Shown here in pieces: positions 17,513-26,821 of a DNA stretch of 32,000 nucleotides (position 1 is the first letter of the stretch; every line of letters starts with the position of its first letter). The translations under genes and the position numbers were made by a program. Source of the DNA: Xanthomonas campestris pv. campestris str. ATCC 33913 (GTDB lineage: Bacteria; Pseudomonadota; Gammaproteobacteria; Xanthomonadales; Xanthomonadaceae); the NCBI RefSeq assembly GCF_000007145.1, contig NC_003902.1:3326497-3358496 (forward strand), given 5' to 3'. The notes beneath the pieces are model-generated. The model ran no database searches. It was not told the origin of the DNA and was given only the letters and a program-made list of their open reading frames with translations.

Positions 17513-17959
17513 TCAGCCGCCGACAGTGCCCGACAGGCGCACTGCGCCGTCACCGCTCTCGGCCAGAGTGTCGCCGGGGTTGCTCAGGCGGCAGCGCCGC
17601 AGCGACAGGCAGCCGCAGCCGATACAGTCGGTGAGCTGGTCGCGCAGCGCCTGCAGCTCGGCAATGCGTGCGTCCAGCTGGCCACGCCAACGTGCCGACA
17701 TGCGCGCCCATTCCGCGCGCGTGGGTGTGCGCTGGTCCGGCAGCACCGAGAACGCATCCAGCACCTGCTGCAACGGGACGCCGAGCCGCTGCGCCACGCG
17801 GATCACCGCGATCCGCCGCAGCACATCACGCGCATACCGGCGCTGATTGCCGGCAGTGCGCAGGCTACGGATCAACCCCTTGCGCTCGTAGAAATGCAAC
17901 GCCGATACCGCCACGCCACTGCGCTTGGCCACATCCCCCACGGACAACTCACGCTGCAT
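17513..17959 (-). CDS. soxR: Redox-sensitive MerR-family activator SoxR
   Basis: ORF trimmed to the ATG at 17959 ([30 protein letters not shown]...). It has a MerR HTH and the [2Fe-2S] ligand motif [12 protein letters not shown]. Confidence 0.9.
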   Translation of the reverse strand: MQRELSVGDVAKRSGVAVSALHFYERKGLIRSLRTAGNQRRYARDVLRRIAVIRVAQRLGVPLQQVLDAFSVLPDQRTPTRAEWARMSARWRGQLDARIAELQALRDQLTDCIGCGCLSLRRCRLSNPGDTLAESGDGAVRLSGTVGG

Positions 17960-17967
17960 TGCCTTGA

Positions 17968-17985
17968 CCTCAACCTTGGTTGAGG
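17968..17985. promoter_or_regulatory. SoxR box inside a MerR-type long-spacer promoter facing the MFS gene
   Basis: CCTCAACC-TT-GGTTGAGG has perfect 8-bp arms. It is embedded between TTGACC (17964-17969) and GATGCT (17989-17994), a 19-bp spacer, 9 nt from the soxR ATG. Confidence 0.7.
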
Positions 17986-18062
17986 CAGGATGCTGCGCGG
18001 CCATGGCGGGATGCAAGCCCTGCCCGCGCTGCCGTTTCACGCTTTGCTTTCTTGGATGTTCA

Positions 18063-19434
18063 ATGACGACCCACACCACTCTGCCCACTGCATCGCCCAC
18101 CGATGCGCGCGCCACCTCCATTCTCGCCGCGCCGTACCGCGCCACCACGCTGGGCATGGTGGCGTTGGTGGCGCTCAACGCGTTTGAATCGCTGGCAGTG
18201 GCCGCGGCCATGCCCACGGTGGCGCGCGAATTGAATGGCCTGCCGCTGTACGCACTGGCCTTCGGCGGCACCTTGGCGACCAGCGTGGTGGGCATGACCG
18301 CGGCCGGGCGCTGGAGCGACCGGCGCGGGCCGGCGGGCGCATTGGGCGCCGGGTTGCTGTGCTTCGTACTGGGCCTGGTCATCGCCGGGCTGGCACCGAA
18401 CATGCCGCTGCTGATCGCTGGACGGCTGCTGCAGGGCCTGGGTGCAGGCGCCTACTCGGTAGCGCTGTACGTCATTGTGGGCCGCCTGTATCCGGAGGCC
18501 CTGCGCCCGCGCGTGTTTGCCGCGTTCTCTGCCGGCTGGGTGGTGCCGTCGTTGATCGGGCCCGGCATCAGTGGCCTGATCGTGCAGCACGCCGGCTGGC
18601 GCTGGGTATTCCTGTCGGTGCCGCTGCTGGCGATCCCGGCCGGCCTGATGCTGCTGCCGGCGCTGCGTGGACGCGACTGGAGCACGCAGGCCGCGCTGCC
18701 CGGCAAGGACGCGCTGGGCTGGGCGATTGGCGCGGCACTGGGTGTGCTGGGCGTGTATGTCGGTGGCCAGTTGCACGGCCTGCCCCGCCGTGCTGGCGAT
18801 GGCGCCGGCATTGGCGGTCACCGGCGTGTGCGCCTGGCAGCTGCTGCCGGCCGGCACCTTGCGGCTGGCACGCGGCCTGCCCAGCGTGATCGCGTTGCGC
18901 GGGATCGCGGCGGCGGCGTTCTTCGGCTTCGAAGCGTTTCTGCCGCTGCTGTTGTCGCGCGAACGCGGCCTGTCGCCGCTGCTGGCCGGCATTGCGCTGA
19001 GCGTGGGCGCCTTGGGCTGGTTCAGCGGTTCGTGGTACCAGGGCCACAGCACCGCTGGCTGGTCGCGGCCACGGCTGCTCAAGACCGGCGCGGTGCTGAT
19101 GTCGGCGGGCATCGTGATCAGTGCGGGTGCGATCTGGCCGGCCGTGCCGGTGCCGGCCGCCATCGCCGGCTGGGCCGTGACCGGGTTGGGCATGGGCCTG
19201 TTGTATCCGAGCCTGTCGGTGCTGACCTTGTCGCTGTCACCGACCGCCAAGCAAGGTGCCAACAGCTCGGCCTTGCAGCTCAGCGAGGCGATTGCGGTGG
19301 CGGGCGTCCTTGCGGTGGCCGGCGCCTTGTTTGCCGCGCTATTGGGCTCGGCCACCCCCTTGGCCTATGCCAGCGTCTTTGCGCTGGCGTGGGTGCTGGC
19401 GCTGAGCAGTTTCTGGGTGGCGCACCGGGTGTGA
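18063..19434 (+). pseudogene. MFS transporter (12-TM type), divergent from soxR, split by a +1 frameshift in a C4 run
   Basis: The frame-0 ORF from the ATG at 18063 ([12 protein letters not shown]...GVLGVYVGGQLHGLP) turns Arg/Ala-rich after 18786. The membrane-protein reading resumes in frame 1 (ORF 18667..19434: ...PAVLAMAPALAVTGVCAWQLLPAGTLRLARGLPSV...). Deleting one C from CCCC (18783-18786) restores ...GQLHGLPAVLAMAP... Confidence 0.8.
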
Positions 19435-20076
19435 GCGTGGCGGTGGCGAACGTCACTGCGTCGCGTTGCTGCCAGCGCGTGGCCCAAGAGCCACTCCGCA
19501 GCGTGCTGCGCGCGCGTGGGCTGGCTGCTGGCCCGGTGCAATTGGACGGCGTGGATGGCGCGTCAGTGGTCGTGGGCGGCGACATCGCCGCGTCTCAGAT
19601 ACGCGCCCGCGCCGAAACCAGTCCACAGCCGCACGATCACTTTGCCGAGTCTGCCGGGTTCGCGCCGATCACAGCGCTGGACACACACCTGCAACCGAGT
19701 GGTCTTTTTTCGCCACCCATCTTGACAGCGTGACGGGCCGGGGCCTGTGCCCACTTGTCCACAGCCTTGTGCAGTCTTCATCCACAGGGGATGTGGAAAA
19801 CCCGATCAACGCAGTGCGGGCGGCACGGCTTGCGTGCAGTTGCCGGTGTGTGCAAGGCGTTTTGATGCGATGTGCTGAATGCAGGGCCACGCGCTGCGAT
19901 GGATGCGCATGGCGACAGCAACCATCTACTGCCGGTTCCAAACGCGTGGAGTGCACGCCGAGATTGAGCCCAAGCGATTGGCGCGCAGCAACTCAGCAGA
20001 GAGCCGGCCGTCGCCGCGCGTCAGTACGCATGCCACTGATGTAGCTGCTCGAAACCGGACCCGCGCATGCAGCGCA

Positions 20077-20100
20077 CACCGCCACCTCGCAGTGGCGGTG
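20077..20100 (-). terminator. 9-bp-stem hairpin 17 nt downstream of the last gene of the pspA-like operon
   Basis: CACCGCCAC-N6-GTGGCGGTG. The following T-tract is weak. Confidence 0.35.
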
Positions 20101-20116
20101 CACGCATAGCAGCGTC

Positions 20117-21283
20117 TCAATCCACGATCACGTGCGGCACGAACCGCGAGGTATCGCGGGTGATCGGGCCGTCGTCATCGCGCATGCCCAGGCCCGCCGG
20201 GCGATCGGCCACTACCCAGCTGCCGACCAGCGCATGCCGGCCGTCGAACACCGGCAGCGGATGATGCGCCTGCAGAATGGCCAGGCCATCCAGGTACGGC
20301 CCATCGGTGTGCGCCATCTCGCCCTGCGCGGTAACCAGCGCGATGTTGGCGCCCTCGCGCGACAGCAACGGCTTGCGCACCCACCCGGCAGTAGGCGCCT
20401 CGCCGGCCTGTGCAAAGCGCGCGGCGAGCAGATTGGGGTGGCCCTGATGGCGCTCCCACAACAGCGGCAGGATGCCCTTGTTGCTCAGCACTGCCTTCCA
20501 TGCCGGTTCGATCAGACGCACGCGGTTGGCGATCAACGCCGGGCCGAATCGCTCTTCCATCATGAATTCCAGCGGGTACAGCTTGAACAGCGTGTGGATC
20601 ACCCGGTCCTGCTCATCGGTGAACCAGCCATCTGCGCTGAGGCCGATGTCTTCGATCGCCACTTCCTCGGTGCTGATGCCCACCTGGTGCGCGCAATCGC
20701 GCAGGTAGCGCACGGTGGCGCGGTCTTCCAGCGAATCACGCACTGCAGAAAAATGCATCTGCGGGCCAACCGCTCCATCCACTGCCAGCGCACCCAGGGT
20801 TTCGCACAGCAGGTCCTGGATCAGGTTGTACTGGTCGGTGCCCTTGGGCAGCGCGCCGCTGGCAATCTGCTGTTCCAGCCACAGCCACTGGAAATACGCC
20901 GCCTCGTACAACGAGGTCGGTGTGTCGTAATTGAGCTCGTACAACTTGGCCGGGCCATTGCCGGCATAGGCCAGATCCATGCGGCCGTACAGATGCGGGT
21001 CGCGGTTCTTCCAGGAGGTGGCGATCCAGTCCCAGTAGAACGGCGGCAGTGCCAGCTGCGTCATCAACGCTTCGGAGCCGACCACCTCGTCGACCAACTG
21101 CATCGCCATGTCGTGCAGCTCCTGCGTCGGCGTCTCGATGTCGTCTTCGATCTGCCGCAACGAAAACGCGTAGTACGCGCTTTCGTCCCAATACGGTTCG
21201 CCGTCGATGGTGTGGAACTGGAAGCCGAGCGATTCGGCCTGGGTGCGCCAATCCGGGCGCTCGGCGATGGCAATACGTTGCAT
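20117..21283 (-). CDS. Glutathionylspermidine-synthase-family ATP-grasp ligase (YjfC-like)
   Basis: ORF trimmed to the ATG at 21283 (MQRIAIAERPDWRTQAESLGFQFHTIDGEPYWDESAYY...), 388 aa. The N-terminal and central motifs resemble the E. coli YjfC / GSP-synthetase preATP-grasp family. Confidence 0.9.
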   Translation of the reverse strand: MQRIAIAERPDWRTQAESLGFQFHTIDGEPYWDESAYYAFSLRQIEDDIETPTQELHDMAMQLVDEVVGSEALMTQLALPPFYWDWIATSWKNRDPHLYGRMDLAYAGNGPAKLYELNYDTPTSLYEAAYFQWLWLEQQIASGALPKGTDQYNLIQDLLCETLGALAVDGAVGPQMHFSAVRDSLEDRATVRYLRDCAHQVGISTEEVAIEDIGLSADGWFTDEQDRVIHTLFKLYPLEFMMEERFGPALIANRVRLIEPAWKAVLSNKGILPLLWERHQGHPNLLAARFAQAGEAPTAGWVRKPLLSREGANIALVTAQGEMAHTDGPYLDGLAILQAHHPLPVFDGRHALVGSWVVADRPAGLGMRDDDGPITRDTSRFVPHVIVD

Positions 21284-21284
21284 G

Positions 21285-21860
21285 TCAGCCGCCAAACCCG
21301 GAGCTGCGCCCGCCACTGCCGAACGAGCTGCGCGCCGCGGCGCTGGAGCCAAAACCCGAGCGCGACACGGTGATGGCGCGGGTTGGCATGTCCACGCTGC
21401 CGGCGCGGCCGCGCACGGTGCCGATGCGGTTGCTGGCCACATCGCCGTTGGGCTTGTAGTAGCCGCCGCTGCGGTAATCGCGGTATAGCGGCATCGCGCC
21501 GCCATAGCGATACCCGCCGCCGCTCATGTTGCCCAGCGCGTAGCCGAGCAGAAAGCCGCCCATCGGCGGGATCCAGCTCTGCTGCCCCTGGGTCTGGCCA
21601 GGCACTTCGGTGCAGCTGCCAAATTGCGCATCGCACTCGTAGCGCGAAGTGAAGCGCGGCGCGGCCTGCTGGTGCTTGGCCACGGCCTCGTCATACGCCT
21701 TCAGACACTGCTGGATGTCGCCCTGTTCCTGCTTGATCTGGTAGCAGTCCGAGGCCGACTGCAACACCACGCCGGTTTCCGGCTCCGAGCCGCAACCGGT
21801 GACGAAGGCGGCCGGCAGCGCGGCCATCAGGGTGAGCTTGAGATTGCGTGATCGCTTCAT
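21285..21860 (-). CDS. DUF1190-family lipoprotein (YjfM-like)
   Basis: Lipobox MKRSRNLKLTLMAALPAAFVTGC and a Gly/Ser/Arg/Tyr-rich C-terminal half. Its stop lies 1 nt before the ligase start. Confidence 0.8.
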   Translation of the reverse strand: MKRSRNLKLTLMAALPAAFVTGCGSEPETGVVLQSASDCYQIKQEQGDIQQCLKAYDEAVAKHQQAAPRFTSRYECDAQFGSCTEVPGQTQGQQSWIPPMGGFLLGYALGNMSGGGYRYGGAMPLYRDYRSGGYYKPNGDVASNRIGTVRGRAGSVDMPTRAITVSRSGFGSSAAARSSFGSGGRSSGFGG

Positions 21861-21872
21861 GCCTGCGCTCCG

Positions 21873-22277
21873 TTACGGCGTGATCGCCGCGGCGTTGATC
21901 AGGCCAACCGCGATCGACACGCCGGCCGAAAAAATACCGGCGGCGGCGACGTTGTCGGTGATTTGCCGCGAGATGCGCCCGGCCACCAGGTTGGCCAGCA
22001 GATACGCCACCACCTGGATACCGCAGGCCACCACGCCCCAGATCAAGGCATCCACCAGGCTCACCGAATGGGTGATGGCCGAATGCAGCGGCAGCGCCAC
22101 GCCGATCAGGTTGCCGGCCAGCGCGGTGGCGGCCGCCACGTTGCCCTGGCGCAGCAGGGTGAAATCCTTGTGCGGGGTGACCAGGGTCACCAGCACCACC
22201 GCGACGATCAACACGCCCAGGCCGGTGCCGAAGTAGGAAAGAAACGCGAGGAAACTCTGCAGATTGATCGGGTTCAT
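21873..22277 (-). CDS. DUF350-family small membrane protein (YjfL-like)
   Basis: 134 aa with four hydrophobic segments (MNPINLQSFLAFLSYFGTGLGVLIVAVVLV...). Its position in the operon matches E. coli yjfL. Confidence 0.8.
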   Translation of the reverse strand: MNPINLQSFLAFLSYFGTGLGVLIVAVVLVTLVTPHKDFTLLRQGNVAAATALAGNLIGVALPLHSAITHSVSLVDALIWGVVACGIQVVAYLLANLVAGRISRQITDNVAAAGIFSAGVSIAVGLINAAAITP

Positions 22278-22311
22278 GACAGGACCAGGGTGGTGGAAGA
22301 CGGGTGAGCGC

Positions 22312-22989
22312 TCAGGTGATGTCCAGATCGGCGACGGTGACGTCGATGCCGACCGCGTAGGTGACGCAGAATTCGTTGGGGCCGGAATCCTCGCCGGTGA
22401 CCAGCAGGAATTCTTCGCGCTGCAACTCCGGCACCGGCCGGCTGTAGAGCATCGCGTAGTGGGTCAGATCGCCATCGCGGCGCGGCGGCTGATAGCGGTA
22501 CAGCACCTCGTCGTAGGCAATCGGCGGAATGCGCGCGGCATCGTCGGTGGATTGGGTGGCACGGTCCCAGCGCTTGCCGGCGTACTCGATCTGCGCCGCA
22601 CCCAGGTGCGGATGCTGCATCACGAATTCCTGGAAGGCCTGCTTGCTCGGCGGATTCACCGTCTCGCAATACACGAAGGCCTTCATCGCCTCCAGATCGC
22701 CACCCACGGTGGTGACCTGCAGAAACGCGTCATCGTCCAGATAGAACCGGTGCAGCGCATAGCCATCGCCCAGATTGACGTGGCCATAGCACGGGATGCC
22801 CTGATGCCCGCCCGGCAATTCGGCGGTCATCGCCTCGGGCGCCATGCGGTACAGCGTGGTGTCGATCTCGAGCTGGCCACCCACGCGCAGCCCCAACGGC
22901 AGCGCATGGCCGATCGCGCCAGTGCCGGTGGTCGGCAGCGGTGGCGGCTGGGATTGGCCGAACAACTTGCTGAAAAAACTCATCGTCAT
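22312..22989 (-). CDS. DUF2491-family protein (YjfK-like)
   Basis: I chose the ATG at 22989 because it overlaps the channel gene's TGA as ATGA; the ATG at 22983 is an alternative. Peptide: [12 protein letters not shown]...HRFYLDDDAFLQVTTVGGD... Confidence 0.75.
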   Translation of the reverse strand: MTMSFFSKLFGQSQPPPLPTTGTGAIGHALPLGLRVGGQLEIDTTLYRMAPEAMTAELPGGHQGIPCYGHVNLGDGYALHRFYLDDDAFLQVTTVGGDLEAMKAFVYCETVNPPSKQAFQEFVMQHPHLGAAQIEYAGKRWDRATQSTDDAARIPPIAYDEVLYRYQPPRRDGDLTHYAMLYSRPVPELQREEFLLVTGEDSGPNEFCVTYAVGIDVTVADLDIT

Positions 22990-24068
22990 GCACCTCGTGG
23001 CGATGGGGAAGCGGAAACGGCCGCAGCGCGCAGGGCCTGCCACGCGATGGATTGCGCAGGCACGCGCTGCTCGGCCAGGTAATACAGCATGGCACCGGCC
23101 GGTACAGCGGTCTGTGCGGGCGGGTTCAACCGCAACGCGCCATCGGGCGCGCGCAGGCCCAGCAACAAGGCACCGCGCTGGCTGAAATCAGCCGCCAGCA
23201 GGCTGTAATCCAGCGCCTCCAGCTGTGCCGGCACGGCCAGGCTGAACTGCGTGGGGCCGTCGTCCACCGACAACAGCTCGGCGGTGATCGCGGCACTGCC
23301 CGGGTCCTGCGCGGCGCGGGCCAGGATCTCGGCAGTCATCGGGCGCGTGCATTCGATCGCCGGGTAATGGCAGGCCACCAGCCGCGCGGCGCTGGCCGAA
23401 TCGAAATGCGCCACGATGTGCGCGCGCGGCGCATGCGCCATCAGTGCGAAGACCGCAGCCAGGGTCTGGTCGTCGGACGGCGGATTGACGATCACCCGCG
23501 CCGCACCGGCGATGCCCGCACGCAGGTAGACATCGGTGTGGGTGTACGACTCGGCAGCCACGAAACGCATGTGGTCGGGCATCGGGTTTTCGGCCACGCC
23601 CTCGGCCACCAGCACCACGCCTTCGTCGTCGGTGGCGGTGTCGGACAACAACAACTCCAGCAAGCGTGCCGAGGCCGCGCCTTGCCAGCCGATCAGGATG
23701 GTGTGCCCGCTCAACTGCGCGTAGGCCATCTTGCCCATGTGGTGGCGCCTCCAGAAGGTGATGAGCACCGCGCTGGTCTTGGCCAGCACCGTGGCGAACA
23801 GCGCCACCGCGCCCGGCATCAGCACGAACGCGGCGATATAGCGCCCGGCCACCGAGCCCGGCGACAGATCGCCGTAGCCGATGGTGGTGGCAGTGGTCAT
23901 GTAGTAATACGGAAACGCGTCCAGGCCGACGAGCTTGTGCTCACCGGCCAGGACGAACAGCACCCAGCTCAACCCCATGTGCGCCAGCAGGGCCAGCGCC
24001 ACCATGCCCCAGCTCACGCGGCGCACGTGGCGCCGCAAGACCCGGTACAGCCGTCCGACGATGATCAT
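22986..24068 (-). CDS. Two-TM potassium channel with a cytoplasmic RCK/TrkA-like domain
   Basis: 360 aa, ATG at 24068 with AGGA upstream. Selectivity filter TTIGYGD flanked by two hydrophobic helices. A C-terminal ~220-aa domain begins [19 protein letters not shown] (Rossmann-like). Confidence 0.9.
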   Translation of the reverse strand: MIIVGRLYRVLRRHVRRVSWGMVALALLAHMGLSWVLFVLAGEHKLVGLDAFPYYYMTTATTIGYGDLSPGSVAGRYIAAFVLMPGAVALFATVLAKTSAVLITFWRRHHMGKMAYAQLSGHTILIGWQGAASARLLELLLSDTATDDEGVVLVAEGVAENPMPDHMRFVAAESYTHTDVYLRAGIAGAARVIVNPPSDDQTLAAVFALMAHAPRAHIVAHFDSASAARLVACHYPAIECTRPMTAEILARAAQDPGSAAITAELLSVDDGPTQFSLAVPAQLEALDYSLLAADFSQRGALLLGLRAPDGALRLNPPAQTAVPAGAMLYYLAEQRVPAQSIAWQALRAAAVSASPSPRGA

Positions 24069-24094
24069 GGCGCGTCCTGTGCCGTGGGGTGCGG

Positions 24095-24868
24095 TCAGCT
24101 GTCGCTGCGCGGAACCTGCTGCACGTCGCGGACCTGGCCGATCAACGGCGCGGTGCCGCTGGCGGTGTCGTGCCCGAGCTGAGCGGCCGGCTTCTTGAAG
24201 CGCGCCAGCACCGCAGCGGCGTTGGACTCGCCTTCCATCAGGCCGGCCGCGGCCAGACGCCGATTCAGATCGCCATCGCCGGTGGACGATTCGAGCTCCT
24301 CAGCCGATTCGATGCGTGCGGAGGTTTCGGCCTGGCGCGCCTTGATGCGCTCCAGCGATTCCAGTGCCGACCCCATCTTGCTGCTCGCACCGGAATGCCG
24401 CGCGGCAATCGCGGCCTGCGCTTTCTGCACCGCATCGGTGGCCTTGACGGTGTCGATCTGCTGGCGCATGCCGCGCAGCTGGTTTTCGGTTTTCTGGATG
24501 GTGGCCTTGAGCGTCACCACCGACTGATCCAGCGCGGTCTTGGAGGCCTTGTCGCCGGCGTCCTCGCTTTCCAGCGCCGCCAGCTTGACCGCCACATCGT
24601 GCGCCAGCGCTTCATCGTTCTTGGCCAGCGCGCCTTCGATATAGCGCGTGTACTCGGCCATCTTGCCGGCGCGCGCGTCGATCTTCTGCTGCGCCAGCTT
24701 GCTCTGCGCCATCAGCTTGGTGAGCTCTTCGCGCGAACGCGTGAGCTGGGCGCCGGCATCGCGCATTTCCTGGTCCAGGATGCGCAGGGCGTTGGCGTCC
24801 ACGGCCTTCTGGCCGGTTTCGTGTGCGGTGCCACGCAGCAGCGTGATCAGCTTGGAAAAGATACTCAT
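24095..24868 (-). CDS. PspA/IM30-family protein (YjfJ-like)
   Basis: 257 aa beginning [38 protein letters not shown]... Long heptad-rich helical sequence typical of PspA/IM30. Confidence 0.9.
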   Translation of the reverse strand: MSIFSKLITLLRGTAHETGQKAVDANALRILDQEMRDAGAQLTRSREELTKLMAQSKLAQQKIDARAGKMAEYTRYIEGALAKNDEALAHDVAVKLAALESEDAGDKASKTALDQSVVTLKATIQKTENQLRGMRQQIDTVKATDAVQKAQAAIAARHSGASSKMGSALESLERIKARQAETSARIESAEELESSTGDGDLNRRLAAAGLMEGESNAAAVLARFKKPAAQLGHDTASGTAPLIGQVRDVQQVPRSDS

Positions 24869-24880
24869 GACAACACGCCT

Positions 24881-25297
24881 TTAGGAAAAGAACGGCTTGA
24901 GGGATTCGGCGGCATCCAGCGTATTGGCCGCCAGGGTCTGGATTTCCTCGTCGATCTGGTCGAGCGTCGAGGAGGCCGACAATTCGCCGAACACCACGTA
25001 GGCGTCCTTGCCGTCGACCTGCACCAGACCGAGATTGGAGAGCGGATTGAGCGGGTTAAGCCGCAGGCACGCGTCGTTGAACGCGGCGCGGTCGCTGACC
25101 TGGTCGGCGTTGGCCAGCAGCGTGGACACGAACACCTGCGAACCGGACGCGGCCACCTGGATCTGCATGTCGCCGTGATCGGCCAGGGTGAGGTTGATGG
25201 CCGGCTCCAGCCCGTCGATCAGTTCGACCTCGATCGGCTGGTCGCGGTAGCGCTCGGCCAGCAGGCCGTGCAGTTCAACAGTGGTGTACTGCGTCAT
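24881..25297 (-). CDS. DUF2170-family protein (YjfI-like)
   Basis: ORF 24881..25354 trimmed to the ATG at 25297 ([24 protein letters not shown]...), with AGGA upstream. It is the first gene of the operon, 12 bp upstream of the pspA-like gene. Confidence 0.75.
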   Translation of the reverse strand: MTQYTTVELHGLLAERYRDQPIEVELIDGLEPAINLTLADHGDMQIQVAASGSQVFVSTLLANADQVSDRAAFNDACLRLNPLNPLSNLGLVQVDGKDAYVVFGELSASSTLDQIDEEIQTLAANTLDAAESLKPFFS

Positions 25298-25484
25298 GGG
25301 ATGTCCTGTCCTTTGGTCATTCGGCGGCGGAGTGCGGCGGCGGTGAGGCCGCAACGGTCAAGCAATGGGCGGACATACTACAGAGACTTGGTGAACAGCA
25401 GAACGGCCGTCAGGCAGGGGGCATTCAGGGCCACTTCGCTGCCATCAAGCACGGCCGGCGCTGCGGCCCGGCAGGGCCGTGGCC

Positions 25485-26084
25485 TTACGGATACAGCATC
25501 CGCTTGCTCCAGTGGCTGGCCGCGTCCGCCTCGTAGCGCCAGCGCTCGTGCAGGCGGAATTTGGCGCCGTACCAGAACTCGAATGCCTGCGGCACCACGC
25601 GGAATCCGCCCCAGCCATCCGGGCGCGGCACGTCGCGGCCGTCGAAGGTGGCTTCGACCTTGGCAATGGCCGCCTCGAACTCCTCGCGCGAGCCCAGCGT
25701 CTGCGATTGCAGCGACGCCCAGGCACCGATCTGGCTCATGCGCGGCCGCGAGGCAAAATAGGCGTCCGATTCGTCGGCGCTCACCAGTTGCACGCCGCCT
25801 TCGATCCGCACCTGGATGCCGGCCTCGCGCAGGCTGCGCCACAGGAACAGCAGCGCCGCCTGCGGGTGGGTCTGCAGGTCGCGGCCCTTGGCGCTGTCCA
25901 GATGCGTGTAGAAGACGAACCCGCGTGCATCGAACGCCTTCAGCAACACCGTGCGCGCGCTTGGCCGGCCGTCCAGGTTGGCGGTGGCCACGGTCATGGC
26001 GCTGGCCTCGATTTCGGCACTGTTCTGCGCCTCGGCATACAGCGTGGCGAAGGTGGCGAGGGCTTCTGCGTACAGATCGGTCAT
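25485..26084 (-). CDS. pdxH: Pyridoxamine 5'-phosphate oxidase
   Basis: [12 protein letters not shown]...[24 protein letters not shown]...[17 protein letters not shown]...RMLYP. I preferred the ATG at 26084 over the TTG at 26093. Confidence 0.9.
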   Translation of the reverse strand: MTDLYAEALATFATLYAEAQNSAEIEASAMTVATANLDGRPSARTVLLKAFDARGFVFYTHLDSAKGRDLQTHPQAALLFLWRSLREAGIQVRIEGGVQLVSADESDAYFASRPRMSQIGAWASLQSQTLGSREEFEAAIAKVEATFDGRDVPRPDGWGGFRVVPQAFEFWYGAKFRLHERWRYEADAASHWSKRMLYP

Positions 26085-26278
26085 GGCAGGCAAGGGAAGC
26101 GAAACAGACGCCTATTGTGGGCGCATCGCCGCCGCTGCGCCTATGGCCCTGGTGTCGCAGTGGCGGCTGCGGCCAAGGCCGGCAGCGCAGGATCTGCAGC
26201 GACAGCCCACGCCGCCGGGAGGATCACGCATGGCGCACGCGGCCCTGGGCCGCAATGCCAATGTTACGATCCGGGCGC

Positions 26279-26821
26279 ATGAACCCCGCTCCCAATCTCG
26301 TGATGATCGGCCCGATGGGCGCCGGTAAAAGCTGCATCGGCCGCCGCCTGGCCGAGCGCTTCGGGCTGGATTTCGTGGATGTGGACCAGGCCATCGTCGA
26401 GCAGGTCGGCAGCAGCATCCCCGCGATCTTCGAACAGCACGGCGAAGCGCGCTTTCGCCAGCACGAAGCCGAGGCCCTGCACGGCCTGCTCGCGCAGAGC
26501 AACAAACTGGTCTCCACCGGCGGCGGCGCGATCCTGGATGCGGGCAATCGCCAGCGCATCCGCGAGCGCGGCTTCGTGGTGTACCTGCATGTGAGCGTGC
26601 CGGCCCAGCTCACCCGGCTGGCGCGCGACCGCAATCGCCCGCTGCTGCAGCGCCCGGACCGCGAACAGGTGCTGCACGGCATGGCCGCGCTGCGCACCCC
26701 GCTGTACCAGGAAGTGGCCGACCTCACCCTGGAAACCGATCACCTTTCCCCCGCCGAGGCCACCGCGCAGCTGGTGCTGCGCCTGGCCGCGCAATGGCGC
26801 ATGTCGAGTACCCCTGCATGA
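26279..26821 (+). CDS. aroK: Shikimate kinase
   Basis: The last 180 aa of the spurious long ORF 24089..26821. ATG at 26279 ([37 protein letters not shown]...) with a Walker A motif. Collinear with E. coli AroK. Confidence 0.95.
   Translation: MNPAPNLVMIGPMGAGKSCIGRRLAERFGLDFVDVDQAIVEQVGSSIPAIFEQHGEARFRQHEAEALHGLLAQSNKLVSTGGGAILDAGNRQRIRERGFVVYLHVSVPAQLTRLARDRNRPLLQRPDREQVLHGMAALRTPLYQEVADLTLETDHLSPAEATAQLVLRLAAQWRMSSTPA

Noticed and set aside
15023-17983. 986-aa ORF on the plus strand
   Set aside because: It is antisense to the M1 peptidase and soxR, with the same low-complexity composition and no recognisable domain.
19865-20044. A 59-aa ORF with a CxxC...CxxC pattern (MRCAECRATRCDGC...), a possible zinc-finger peptide
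   Set aside because: Third-position GC is far below that of the genuine genes in the window, there is no RBS, and the rest of the peptide is Arg-rich low complexity.
24089-26278. N-terminal ~730 aa of the 910-aa plus-strand ORF 24089..26821
   Set aside because: Only the last 180 aa (aroK, from 26279) are protein-like. The rest is antisense to the pspA-like, yjfI-like and pdxH genes.
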